Notes: generated by a model from the letters alone, not told the origin. A DNA stretch of 64,000 nucleotides from Rhina ancylostomus (GCA_030265395.1 JARFYF010000094.1:39328488-39392487); one strand, 5' to 3'. Shown: positions 25,555-38,340, numbered from the stretch's first letter. Program-made: numbers and translations.

Positions 25555-25865
25555 AGTCTGTGCTGACTATCAAACACCCATTGACACCAATCCTACCCTA
25601 ATCCATTTTATTCTCCTCACATTCCCAATAAACTTTCCCCACCCCCTCCAGTTTCTATCACTCAACTACATTACAGACAACTTACAGTGGGCAACTAGCC
25701 TACCAACCTGCTTGTTTTTGGGACGTGGGAGGAAACCTGAGCAGTTGGAAGAAATCTATATGGTTACTTGAAGAACATGCCAACTCCACACAGACAGCAC
25801 CAAAAGACAGGATTGAACCTGTCTTGCTGGAGTTGTGAGGCAGTGGCTCTACCAGCTTTGCCACA
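25555..25865 (-). mobile_element. HE1-type V-SINE
   Basis: gggacgtgggaggaaacc, aactccacacagacagcacc, ggattgaacc (reverse B box). Confidence 0.88.
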
Positions 25866-27959
25866 AAGTCAGAGCTTTTAAGAGTTTAAAAGGCCAGGGT
25901 ATCATGGTCAGCAATGAGTCGACAGTTGTCACAGCTGACCTCAATCAAAATCTGACACTTGCAGCAATTCTCCCAGAGTAACTTCTGGCAAATTGCTGGG
26001 ATATCTTTCCATGAGATATCTTTTGACCTTGCATTGTGTGGGCATAAAAATCATGTTACTTGGAACTGTCAAGTATAACCCCGACTGCATAAATCAGAAA
26101 AAAAGTTAACATATCCCCCAAACTCACCCTGAACTGCTTAAAAGTTTGTATATCTAGAATCATTCAGAAATACTCAAAATTTAAAAAGCTTAAAAGACAG
26201 TCAACTTTGTTAAATTTAAAAAAGAACTTCAAAAAACACTTTAAAACTGTCCAAACCAACAAGCTGTTAGATTTTTAAAAAAACCTTTTAAGAGGATTTT
26301 TAATAAAAGTCTTCTTAAATCATTAAGCCATGGAAAGTCTTCAAATTAAGAAGCTGGTAACAAATCTGCTATCTGGGTCTCTCACAACCATTTTCTTTTC
26401 AATCTCTGGGAAAAGAGTCCTTGCACCTTCTCAGAGATGGTGCAGACGTTTGGGTAAGTTTTACATCAGTGCACACCAGGGAATAAGCTGCAAGATCTTG
26501 CTCTCACATCATGCTCTGTGCTGGCTTCAACTTCAGAACCAAGACTCTAAATTAGCATCAAGTCTCCAACAGCTGCCTTGGGATTTCTACAAAGGAACAT
26601 GTCTGCACAATATTTTAAGATTGCTGTCAGTTCTCAGGACTAAAGGCAGCAGACTACTCCTACAAAATCCAGGCCTCAAAATTTTGAGAAACCGGGATAT
26701 CAGAAGTGCAATGGTCAAAAGAGGGTAAATGAGTTGTGATACAGATCAACCACAATCCACAGGAATGGGGAAAGAAACTTGAGGAGCTAAGTGACTTTTT
26801 TTTGTGTCACTTTTCTGTCCTGTTTGCTGTTTTTATTTTATTCCTATGGACTTGTTTGTGCTTCCAACAGTACTTATGCAGAGACAAGATAAGGAAATGA
26901 AACAGAAGATCTCACCAGACACATTTCTCTGCTTTTATGTGCACCTCTGTGGTCTGAAGTGATTAAGATGACGACGATGCACCTGGTGAGGAAACAAGGC
27001 CACAGCTGTAGCCAAACAGATAGTGGGTAGATGCCTACATAACTGAGTGTGCATCCACTTTGAAGCCAATCCTAATTAATGTTTGGCTCCATGGTGTTTT
27101 TGTACAGAGCGACGACTCAATATATTATAGTGATTGTACTTCAAAAGGTTATTGACGCCTCCGCAGAACACAAGACTTGCTTATTTGCAATGTCAGTCAC
27201 AAGCTCACCCTTGGAGCTCGATTCACTTGCAGGGAAGGAGAAAGGAAACGAGAGATTGTCACAGCTCAGGATGAAAGAGGAGCTTGGCTTTCAGGCACAG
27301 TGTATATTTTAATGACTTGGACTTAATTCAGCAATCTTTTCAGAAATCTCCCTGGCACCACCTTGGAATAAAGAGCACTAGATGCAAGTTGTGTTTGTTG
27401 TGAGGACTTGTTAATCAGCACCAAAATTCTTAGTAGGGGATGAATTTGCTCAGAGTTTCAGTTCCTTTGCAACTGTGACCACAGTTCAATTTGGCAGAAA
27501 TCTCTTTTTCATGCATAAACTTATTTCCACATCAATTAAAACAACAGAGCAAAAGAAGTCCTGAGGAAATTCTCCCCTTTATTTTCTCCCAAATTAATTA
27601 ACAGAATGATCTTACAACAGTGTTTACTGAACTAGCTTTACATATCAGTCACCTCAGCTGGAAATGGATCAGTGAAACTTGGCAATCACCTGAATGACAT
27701 TCTTCCCTACACAAGTTAGTATAAGGAGAAAAGGCTTGCATTTAGATGGCATCTTCACAGTCAAGGAACCCTTCCCGAAGTTTGTAATCAAGGAAACCTG
27801 ATTTTTTTCTTTGTGCACAGCTCGATAGCAATGGGATAATGGCCAGATTTTGTCTTTAGTTGAGTAATGAATGTTGCCAAGTTTATCAAGGCAGTGTGGG
27901 GTCAGAGGCCCCACAAGTTTAGCGTCATTGTAAGTGCTCAATAATGATGACAGCTCAGC

Positions 27960-28110
27960 AAAATGCTTCTCCACCCAAAGGATGAATTGGCAGAGGTCGA
28001 GGGACTGAGGGAAGACAAGAACACTGGAGTGGGGAGGGTATCAGTGTAGCATTGTAGGAGGCCCAACTGCAGTGGAAGCAAGTCATCCTTGATATTGAAG
28101 AGGCATGTTG
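27960..28110 (+). mobile_element. RTE-type LINE 3' end
   Basis: agtggaagcaagtcatccttgat, a same-family motif as 15725-15745 in opposite orientation. Confidence 0.5.
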
Positions 28111-30129
28111 GACAGTATGTTAGGAAGGATGCCCCTGACATTGTTCAAAATGCTGATGACAAACTTTTACAACCTCTGAGAGGACAAACCAGTCTTTGGT
28201 TTGGTGCCACATCTGAAAGACGGCATCTCCATNNNNNNNNNNNNNNNNNNNNNNNNNNNNNNNNNNNNNNNNNNNNNNNNNNNNNNNNNNNNNNNNNNNN
28301 NNNNNNNNNNNNNNNNNNNNNNNNNNNNNNNNNNNNNNNNNNNNNNNNNNNNNNNNNNNNNNNNNNNNGAACTATCATACTCACCTTCCTAGATTTGAGA
28401 ATAACTTTCCCAATCTTGACTTCCATTTGCCAAGAAAGCCTATTCAGAACAAAAGTCACTTTAAGAACTGTGAATGATGCTAAATGCCATAGGATAGATG
28501 TTATACCATTCCTACTTAATGGTTCAAAGTGCAGCATGGAAGAAAAATATTTAGCTTTTTGCAATAAATGGTGGATCTTTCAAAATGACTTCTACAATGT
28601 AAATAATCTGCTCTCTCATGAGTTCTACCCAGCTCGGTCCATTTCCTAAATAAAGGCCTTTTGAGCATATCTCGTAATCTCTGCAATACCCATCCATGAG
28701 TAATATTCAGCAGCTCTCAATTATTACAGCTTGGTTCTTAGAACTGAAGAGCTTTTTAGAAGGAGCCAAGACTGGATATGAAGGTTCAGAAATGTCAGCT
28801 AATGAATTTTATTTTAAGTCCAATTTATGACGGGACAACCCTCATGGGATGGGATCAGCAGTATTAAATGGAGTTGCTGGTGCGGACCCATTCTAATGGA
28901 AGTAAATTTTGAACTTGTACACAAATGCTGTGGGTCCATGACTTACTGAGAGATTATACTCTGCCACACATTCCATCATTGGACTCCAAGAGGAGTCCAA
29001 TAGCAGAGCCCAGTCTTGCTGGGGTTCCACAGCCTTGTGCTGGGGAATCATTACTCAAATATAATGCCTGGCATAGGTTCTGATATGTTGTGATAGGTTC
29101 TGATCATTATCATTAATGATAATTGTAGGCCTGTTGATGAGGAGGCAAAGGAGAAGTTAATTTTTTTAATGCTCTTAATATTTCCAGATGTTTTATGTGT
29201 TTTTAATTTACTTTTTTTTATAAAGTTTTTATTTTTATTTTTTAACTACATCTCTCTTTTATTTATCTCTTAAAGTCAGACTCATTTAAAAATTATTAAA
29301 ACCTTTTGGTCAAAGTCTGTAGGGGAAGGTTCTGGAGGCAGGCTCTGGTGAGGTCTACTCACTGTCCAGGCCTTGCCACCTGACTCATGGTGCAAAGGGG
29401 CAGTGGAGTCAGCACTCCACATCCAGAAATGCAGGCAGAGTTGGTGGGTGGCAGTGCTAGGCTCTGGGCCTGGTCTAACTAGATCCAGCCCATTAAAAAC
29501 TCATTTGTTCAGGATTTTTTAAGGGATGAGATAGAAAAGGAATTATATCAATAGACAAATGAGTACAGAAGTTCAATTGTCAGAGCCATTGTTAACTTAT
29601 CAGTTTACTGCCAGTAAATTGGAAAGACTAAATTTTAAAAATAACCATCTATTTAAGTCAATGCTATCTGCCTCCCAATGACCAGAAACAATAGAATAAT
29701 GCAGTGCTATAATTGCCCATTAGCCATCCTGGTCTGTGGTATGACTGGTATAGTGTAGTTTAAACATTATAGGTATTGTTACCTTTTATCGCAGTGGTAG
29801 ACAAAAGTATCAGTGTTCTGGTGTTAGCACCATGGAGAGTAATACTATAAGATTAAAGCTCTTGTTTATCTTTATCTCTGTCACCATGAATGAACACAAA
29901 TACTTGATAATATTTTTCTTTCTCTGCTTTTATTCTTGCTACAGGGCAGCAGGTACTAATGATTTGCAGGTCGCCATTCTTACCAGATGAGTCTGTCTCC
30001 CAAGTAAAAGAACATGGATATCATAGTACCTGAAGCCAAGTAGTGGCTAGTTACTGCTGTCACCTCTGATAATGGACTCCAATCACTTCTTCAAAGTGCC
30101 TGCATAATGCAATCAAACTCCTGAACTGC

Positions 30130-30490
30130 ACACTAAACAGCAACTTCATCTATCTTCAGCTATCATGGCTGCGGTGCACAAGATCAGTAAGATGCATGAC
30201 AGCAAATCCTTGAGGATTTTTTTATTGGCACTTCTCATATATATATATATATATATATAGGAACGTCATTATCCCCATGCACCCTTCCAAGTCACAACCT
30301 GCCTAGACTGAGAAATACATCCCTGATCCTGCATCATTCAAAGTACATAATCTGCCAACTTTACCAGCAAATGGCTTGTTTACAACTTGAACTGCAGTGA
30401 ATCAAGAAGGTGGCCCACCACTATTTTCCCAAGGATAACCAAGGCCAGCCAATAACTGCTGACCTAGATGGCCTAGAATGAATCATATCA
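30130..30490 (+). mobile_element. L2/CR1-group LINE 3' end containing a (TA)n tract at ~30237-30259
   Basis: aagatgcatgacagcaa, ttccaagtcaca, ctgcagtgaatcaagaaggtggcccaccac, caataactgctg. Confidence 0.65.
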
Positions 30491-30570
30491 AAGAAGAATT
30501 CTGAAATAAATTGTGCACTTCCCTCTAAAGGTCCTCTGCAGCTTACCATACCTGAATGACAAATGAATAA

Positions 30571-30920
30571 CCATAGAGTCATTGAGTAATGCAGTATGGA
30601 AACAGGCCCTTCAGCCCAACTGGTATGTGCCAACCAAGATGCCCATCTAAACTAGTCCCACTTGTCCCACTTCATATAGCTCTAAACCTTATCTAACCTG
30701 TCCAAATATCGTTTAAATGTTGTTATTGTACCTGCCTCAGCCACTTTCTCTGGTAGCTCATTCCATATATGTACCACCCTCTGTGTGAAGAAGTTGCCCC
30801 TCAGGTCCCTTTTACATCTTTCCCTTCTCACCTTAAACCTATTACCTTTAGTTTTTTTTACTCTCTTTTCCTGGGAAAAAGATGGTGTTCATTCACCTTA
30901 TTTATGCACCTCTATTAGGT
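30571..30920 (-). mobile_element. CR1/HER1 3' end
   Basis: catagagtc...gaaacaggcccttcagccc tail; gtgaagaagttgcccctcagg; mirrors 41900-42165. Confidence 0.9.
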
Positions 30921-31469
30921 CAATTAGATCAAAATGCCAATTTCTTCTCTTTGCCACAGCACTCATATTGAGCAAAATAGGTCACCATATTTTCATGCAA
31001 TAGTTATTTAACACAAAGCATTGCAGGTCAGCCTTTCCTCTCGGCAACCTGAGATAGTGCCCTATTGGTTGTCACTTTTAAGCAGCAGTGCAAGTGGCCA
31101 TTGTCTTCAGAAATACACAGGTTGGATTCTGCCTGGATTCCACCTGCTACATTATTAATGAACAAAGCCACTTTGCACCAACTCTATAATTGCAGTGCAA
31201 TGCTCCTATACTGGGGTTCACACACAACCTGCGGGAAACTGCACAGGAGCCTTATGACTGAAGATTCTTTGTTTTCTTTTCCCTTGCAATAGGTTCTCTG
31301 CTACATCATGTGAAGGGTTTTGAGTTGTTTAGGTGAAGGAGTCCATTTAAAATTAGAAGCAGCAAAAGGAAAATAATTCCTCATATCCAGTGGCTGAAGG
31401 TCTGATAAAACTGCTTTGGCCTAAATGAGCGGTCGCTGAGCTGAGAAAACACAATGACCATGATGAAAC

Positions 31470-31845
31470 CATAGATTTAAAATTTTGGTCAAAAGATATA
31501 AAGAGAAAATGAAGGAAAGCTATTTTTACACAGCAGGTACATGGTCTAGAACTCACTGCCTGTAAGGGTGATGGAAATGGGGTTACTCAGGGCTCGCAAG
31601 CAGGAACTGCAAAAGTATTTGAGAGAAAATAATTTGTGAGGTTTGGCGGAAGAGGATAAGAATGGGTTCAGATGAAGCGTCTCAACCTGAAATGTCGACT
31701 TCCCTCTAGAGATGCTGCCTGGTCTATTGAGTTCCTCCAGCAGCTTGTTTATGTCAAGTGAATGTGTTTCACTGAGTTGCTCTCCAGGAGTTGGGGTGGA
31801 TTCAATGGGTTGAAGGACTACCTTATGTACCATTACAATTCTGTT
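31470..31845 (+). mobile_element. CR1 3' fragment interrupted by a pLTR/hammerhead piece at ~31665-31755
   Basis: tttttacacagcagg...tagaactcactgcctgtaagggtgatgga; insert gttCAGATGAagcgtctcaacctGAAAtgtcgact...gatgctgcctgg..gagttcctccagca. Confidence 0.75.
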
Positions 31846-32477
31846 CTGCAACTGCAGCCCAGTTTGTGCAATGGGCCATTGCAGTGAGGAACACATTCCA
31901 GGTCACTTAGTCAGCACTGCCCCCACAATTTTTTAAGAAGTAGAAGTTCTCTTTAAACACATCCCCAAAGAATTAATAGTGGAAGTCCTGGTGGCCAGGG
32001 TTTAGAGTATAATGGAGAGCGGTTGAGGGAAGCGTGTGGAGCATAAGTAGTCAATTTTAATGAGAGGCACAATGTAAATTCCAAATGGTGAAGAATCTCC
32101 CGCCTTCCCCCAGGGGGAACAGCAGGAGTGAGGCCACACAGAAACAAACCAGCTTTAAAAGAAAACTGACTAATTCACGGCAGTTTTTGTAGTTAGAGGG
32201 AGTCTGGAGAAAAGATAATGTCAAAGAACAGGTCAGACAAACTGACACAAATGAAGCAGCACAATTGCATCATTATTTCTTGAGGACAGAAGTGAATAAG
32301 CTTGAGCACAGTAAATGCAAATGTAAATGTTCACTTGATACCTTTAAAATAAACCACCAGCCTGACTTCTATCTTCCCAATTGTTTGTCTGATTGCAGAA
32401 AAGTTGTAGAAATGAAGGCATGGGCAAATAAGAAAGACACAATATCCTGAGCAGGTTATGTCTCTAATACTATAAGA

Positions 32478-32790
32478 CCAGGCACAGTCAGTAGAGCCAC
32501 TTCCTCATACCTCCAAAGGTCAGGTTCAAAGTTGATTTCAGGTGTTGTCTGTATGGAGTTCACACATTCCTGTGTTTGCATGGATCTTCTCCAGGTGCTC
32601 TGGTACCCTCCCACATCCCAAAGATATGTGGAATGGTAAATAACTTGACCACTGTAAATTGCCACTAATGTGTCAGTGAATGGGGGAAGATGAGGGTACT
32701 ATGGGGAAAATAAAAACTGGGATTAATAAAGGATTAGTGTAAATGGGTGATTGATGATCAAAGGGCCAATTTCCATTGCTGTATCTCCCT
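32478..32790 (+). mobile_element. HE1-type V-SINE
   Basis: ggcacagtcagtagagc..caggttcaa, tgtctgtatggagttc, cccacatcccaaaga, cactgtaaattgcc. Confidence 0.85.
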
Positions 32791-34059
32791 CTCGTTCTCT
32801 AACTCCTGGACCTAAGATGTCCAGTCTATCTCAATGAGACTGACCAGCTCCACTGTTCCTGACATAATATCTAAGGCAGACCCAAAGCTGACACCATCTA
32901 TTCAGTTGATGCTGTTTGATTTATCAGTGTTATCCAGTGTTGATGTGCATTTACAGGAGTCTGGATATTGCCGTCTTAATTCTGTGTCAGGTTGTGATAT
33001 TTGGTGAGAAACAAGGTATCACCCTAACTAGTTCCATCAAGACAGAGAAGTGTAAGAAAGATTGATTTCCACACAGCTGCAGATTATCTTCAGTCTTCGG
33101 AAAGATTGCAAACTATAATCTTTCTACCAAATAGAGATTCTGACATCTAGGGCTGACACAATCTAAATTACCTGTTACTTTGCCAAATGTCAGAAGTAAT
33201 CCTTTGGGAGATGTTGTAGATTAATTAAAAAAAAGGGTAAGAACTGAATGTAAATCTTAAAAAAAAATGAAAAACTGAGCTTTGTTTCAAAAGGTTAAGA
33301 AAGTTGTTAGCTAACAAGCAATTATACCTAATTATAACATTGTTCTCTTTACAATTTTGCAAACAGGTCATTTTAAGTTCAGAAATTTATAGATATTATG
33401 CTGTTATATGCTTGTCACAAAGCCTGAGAATTGTGATTAAAAATAAATTATTTGGAAAGCAGTAAAATAGTCAATATATTTATAAGTTTAGTATTGTTCT
33501 ATAATGGGAACTAAGAAGCCAAATAAAACATCAATGGAACATAAGAAGTAATTTAATCCAATCATATGCCTTGTCCACTTAGTGCCAAAACAGTGATTTT
33601 CAATAAAGGCAGAGGGTAATGGTCGACAGGGTGGTTGAATGTCCTGAAAACTACAGATTGGGCATTAATCGATCTTTCCTCTTTTGACATGAAGAAATTT
33701 ATGTTTTTATTTTACAATCAGGTTGCTTCTTTATTAGAGCTGGACATCAAATGATAAGCCAGCCCTGTTCTAAAACTAAACAAAAACAGGTATGCAGATG
33801 TGGAATGATGTGGTGATGATACCAGATGGAGCAGCCACCAAGAAACCTGATCATAACACTAGACGAAGGTGGCAATGGAATTGAATGAAGTTTCCATTTT
33901 AAGCTCCTGAAAAATCTGATTCCTTTGCAACCTGAAGAGGGGCAAACAGTCAAGCAGGATCATAAGAACTTGCAAAAATAGACACGGAAGGTTAATCATG
34001 CCAATGATATGCACAATGCAGTAAATTCCATGCAGATTGATGACAGTTTACTCTATACT

Positions 34060-34215
34060 GTTATTATATTTCTTACCTGTACTACAACAATGCACTCAGT
34101 ACTAGCTCAATGTAACTGCACTGTGTAATGAATTGACCTGTATGATCGGTTTGCAAGACAAGCTTTTCACTGTACCTCAGTACGTGACAATAATAAACCA
34201 ATTCCAATACCAATA
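34060..34215 (+). mobile_element. Non-LTR 3' end (possibly Rex1/Babar type), also at 58283-58450
   Basis: Near-identical aatgtaactgcactgtgtaatgaattgacctgta...caagcttttcactgtacctcagtac..gtgacaataataaaccaat in two places; family name is inference. Confidence 0.65.
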
Positions 34216-34349
34216 CCAGCTTGTTTCATCACATCAGTGCACTGAGGTAGTACAAGGGAAAACAATAACAGATTGCAGAATAAAGTGTGACAGTTCATTT
34301 CATTCCCATTCTTCCTTCCATATAACTCAGATTGTGTTCAGTCTCTTAA

Positions 34350-34550
34350 GGCGGGTATAATTACAGCATTTAAAAGGGCTAATTCTGCTCCGATATCTTA
34401 TGTGGGCAGTTACGTGGATAGGGAAGGTTTCCAGGGATATGGGCCAAATGCGGGCAATCGGAACTAGCTTATTTTGGCAACTTGGTCAGCACGGACTAGT
34501 TGGGCCAAACGTCCTGTTTCCGTGCAGTGTAACTCTATGACTATGATGCT
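34350..34550 (+). mobile_element. CR1/HER1 3' tail
   Basis: gggatatgggccaaatgcgggc...cctgtttccgtgcagtgtaactctatgactatg. Confidence 0.85.
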
Positions 34551-34567
34551 ATGACTGACTTCTTGCA

Positions 34568-34660
34568 ATTCTGGTGAAAGGTCATCGCCCTGGAAACGTC
34601 TGTCTTTGCCTCCACAGATGCTGCCTGACCGGCTAACTGTTTCTGTCTTATTCCTGATAA
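34568..34660 (+). mobile_element. Solo pLTR fragment with degenerate hammerhead motif
   Basis: CTGGTGA aaggtcatcgccct gGAAAcgtc...tccacagatgctgcctgacc. Confidence 0.7.
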
Positions 34661-35159
34661 AATATATTGCACTCCTCCTCCTTGTTAACAGCCCAACAAA
34701 AACATAATTTTTGTTGTTGTCTGTCTTTGATCCTTGCAGTTGGAACAGACCTTGCCAGCAGTCGGTCCCAGAAGAAACATTGCAGAGGGAGCTCATTGTG
34801 ACTGACAAGTTTTATAATTGCACTCTCCAAAATGCCAGGGCTATCATTCCGAACATGCACGCATCAAGGAGCCCAGGTGAATTTCTGATGCAGGATTAAG
34901 ATTCTGCAGCAAGTTATTTGCATCAGAGAACAGCAGCAGCGATGAATCAATCCCAGTTCTTGCAGCCCCAACCCCCGCACCAGCTCGCAGATTGAATCTG
35001 CCAATCCCTGCCGAGGATCGTGGGCAGTAATGGACCTTTGCAGCATAGTCCCGGCTGTAGGACCTACAGAAATTTGGACAGAGCAAAGTCCCACACAACG
35101 CACGAAAAGGCAGTCAGTCCAAAGCATCATCCGTGCAACTCATCGGCGGATTTGTCTCT

Positions 35160-35350
35160 GTGTTTTTTGCATGAATGCTCTGCACAGTTTTTTTTCTTCT
35201 TCACTGTCTTGTATAATTTATGTATAATTTAAGTTCTATGTGTTGTCTGTACCTAGGTGCCTGTGATGCTGCTGCAAGCACGTTTTTCATTGTACCTGTA
35301 CCTCACTGTATCTGTGCACATGGCAATAAATTCAACTTGGCTTGGCTTAA
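35160..35350 (+). mobile_element. Non-LTR 3' UTR/tail (possibly Rex1 type)
   Basis: gtgatgctgctgcaagc...cattgtacctgtacctcactgt...caataaa and a (cttgg) tandem tail. Confidence 0.55.
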
Positions 35351-37149
35351 GCTGAAAAATTCATCTCCTGCTTTCGTTCGTGGTCCAGGTTAAGTTCACA
35401 CCAGAACACAGAGGGACTCCGATCCAGTCACTCCAGTGTGGGGCAGAGGAAGAGGCGCAGGTTCAGAATCAGCATCATGTAAACTAGCCGGGTCAATACA
35501 GTGAACAGTCCCACACCCCCCCTACTCTGACCCTATACCCCAGCAATCTGCCTCCTGTTGCATTCCTGAACTGTCCATTGGGACATGCTGAAAGGAAGGT
35601 GGATGTTGCTACATAAATGCAAACCTTTTATTTTCTTTGTTGTCACACACATCCACAAATGATCTTATGTTTTGAAATGATCTATATGGATGGCATGCAA
35701 AACAAAGTTGTTCANNNNNNNNNNNNNNNNNNNNNNNNNNNNNNNNNNNNNNNNNNNNNNNNNNNNNNNNNNNNNNNNNNNNNNNNNNNNNNNNNNNNNN
35801 NNNNNNNNNNNNNNNNNNNNNNNNNNNNNNNNNNNNNNNNNNNNNNNNNNNNNNNNNNNNNNNNNNNNNNNNNNNNNNNNNNNNNNNNNNNNNNNNNNNN
35901 NNNNNNNNNNNNNNNNNNNNNNNNNNNNNNNNNNNNNNNNNNNNNNNNNNNNNNNNNNNNNNNNNNNNNNNNNNNNNNNNNNNNNNNNNNNNNNNNNNNN
36001 NNNNNNNNNNNNNNNNNNNNNNNNNNNNNNNNNNNNNNNNNNNNNNNNNNNNNNNNNNNNNNNNNNNNNNNNNNNNNNNNNNNNNNNNNNNNNNNNNNNN
36101 NNNNNNNNNNNNNNNNNNNNNNNNNNNNNNNNNNNNNNNNNNNNNNNNNNNNNNNNNNNNNNNNNNNNNNNNNNNNNNNNNNNNNNNNNNNNNNNNNNNN
36201 NNNNNNNNNNNNNNNNNNNNNGCGCCAGAAGAGTGGTAACACTTGCGGTCTGCCCCCAGCACATTCTCAGTAATGCAAAAAGATGCATTTCATTGTGTTT
36301 CAATGTACATGTGACTAATAAATAAATAAATATCTAAAAAAGGTCTGCCCCATGGCCACTGCACTCCCACTCCTGGACTCCAATTTTCCAACTGTTCCCT
36401 ATTCCATAGAATCTTTCTCTTTCTGGCCACACATCACAATTTCCCTTTCTGCAGGTTCCCTCTCTGCACAATACCCTGTTCCCATCTCTGCACCACAGAG
36501 TCCTCTAATCCTGAAGGCCTGTAGATTTCAGTAAATTCCACCTGCCTAATTTCAGAACATGTCCTTTTTCAGAGCATTGATCCCCACCTCTCTCCAATTG
36601 CCTCTCCCTAATTGTTGTGTCATTCCAACTGCAGACACACTCAGTGTAGTCCCTGCTCCCTGACGGTGATGCAACCGAGAGAAAGAATCTCTTCTGACAG
36701 AAGCGGGGTGGGGGAAGACTCACTGCAACNNNNNNNNNNNNNNNNNNNNNNNNNNNNNNNNNNNNNNNNNNNNNNNNNNNNNNNNNNNNNNNNNNNNNNN
36801 NNNNNNNNNNNNNNNNNNNNNNNNNNNNNNNNNNNNNNNNNNNNNNNNNNNNNNNNNNNNNNNNNNNNNNNNNNNNNNNNNNNNNNNNNNNNNNNNNNNN
36901 NNNNNNNNNNNNNNNNNNNNNNNNNNNNNNNNNNNNNNNNNNNNNNNNNNNNNNNNNNNNNNNNNNNNNNNNNNNNNNNNNNNNNNNNNNNNNNNNNNNN
37001 NNNNNNNNNNNNNNNNNNNNNNNNNNNNNNNNNNNNNNNNNNNNNNNNNNNAGAGATGGAGTTGTTTATATTACAGTGGCATTATTATCAATGGCAGGAA
37101 GACCCTGCTGCTGTCAATAGCATTTTAATGAGGCAAGAGTTCTTTAAGA

Positions 37150-37250
37150 CCAATTATAGCGGGCTCAGAGCCTCCCCAGCTGAGATTAGCTCGCTCAGGA
37201 AAGCCCAAGGATCAAAATCGTGACCTTCCAGAACTGTATAGCTCAGTATG
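37150..37250 (-). mobile_element. tRNA-derived SINE head, same family as 13838-14060
   Basis: Reverse complement tactgagctatacag..ggaaggtc..ttgatccttggg..gctaatctcagct. Confidence 0.5.
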
Positions 37251-37989
37251 ATATGGGGCAGTATATTCACCCCATAAAGAAAGGGACAATTGAACAAGTA
37301 AAGGTCCTGGAAGGCTCTTTTGCCACACATCATGCTGAGAAGGCCTNNNNNNNNNNAAGCAGCTCCTGCGTGGTGTGAAACATGCTTAATTGGCTCTTGT
37401 CCCAGAGACTGTAGTGTACTGTGTAACAAATGAGGATTTTCCCCTGCCTCTTGGGGAGGTGACTTTAAATGCTATGTAAATATATTTAAAAAGGAGTTAG
37501 ATGTTGCTGTCAGTGAGGACAACGTGTGAGACTGTGACAATTTGTGAGTACAGAATATAATCATTCTTCCCTGTCAGTGGAGAGGCAGCAATCGGTATAA
37601 TGTGACCCTTATTTATAATGCAGTCCTCCCAAGAGGGTGGGAGTGCTCAGTGCACTTGGAGGGCAACTCTAACTGAACTTTGTACCACTGCCTGGAACAC
37701 CTATTGTCATTGTGGGTTCTTTCAATGCCCTCTTCTGGGTGAACAGGCAGTTCTGAACTAAAGAAAATTTCAATGTAATTCATGATCTTTGTTAAAGATG
37801 AGAGTTTGATAATCACTTTAAATGATGCACACTGACTGCTTCCTCAAGATGGGAAGAAGTGATAATGGTTTAGTATACACAAGCTTAATTCAAGAACATT
37901 GAACCTTACAACCATTTCATAACATCTAAATCCTTAAGTATTTTTCAATTCTTGTGGTGAGTTTGACCTGTTTTAGTCAGCATCATATA

Positions 37990-38170
37990 AAGGACAGCAT
38001 TTATTCCCCATGTTTAACTGCCGATGAGAAGGGAGCTAAATACAGACACCTTCTCAAACCCACTGCTATCCTTCTGGTATTGATATTGCCCCAGGGCCTT
38101 TAAGTGGGAAGCCCTGGGATTTTGTCCAAAAAGTAAAGAAAGAGCAATATATTTCCAAGTCAGAATCACA
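37990..38170 (-). mobile_element. L2/CR1-group LINE 3' end
   Basis: cagcatttattcccca...tgagaagg...atatatttccaagtcag, reverse counterpart of 30290-30470. Confidence 0.65.
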
Positions 38171-38340
38171 TGCTTCCATATTTCCTTCTGACACTGAAGG
38201 AAGCTATTTCAGTCCATCAAGTCTATGCCAGCTCACAGAGNNNNNNNNNNNNNNNNNNNNNNNNNNNNNNNNNNNNNNNNNNNNNNNNNNNNNNNNNNNN
38301 NNNNNNNNNNNNNNNNNNNNNNNNNNNNNNNNNNNNNNNN

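Noticed and set aside
29825-29833. miR-29-like TAGCACCAT
   Set aside because: Seed-length match only; the rest of the mature sequence and the hairpin are absent
34243-34252. let-7-like TGAGGTAGTA
   Set aside because: Only 10 nt match, no precursor hairpin, and it lies in repeat-like sequence
35609-37223. Long ORFs of 170-218 aa in the ORF track
   Set aside because: They are open only because they run through N gaps; the same applies to ORFs near 15808-16402, 28089-28649, 50547-50962 and 55283-55573
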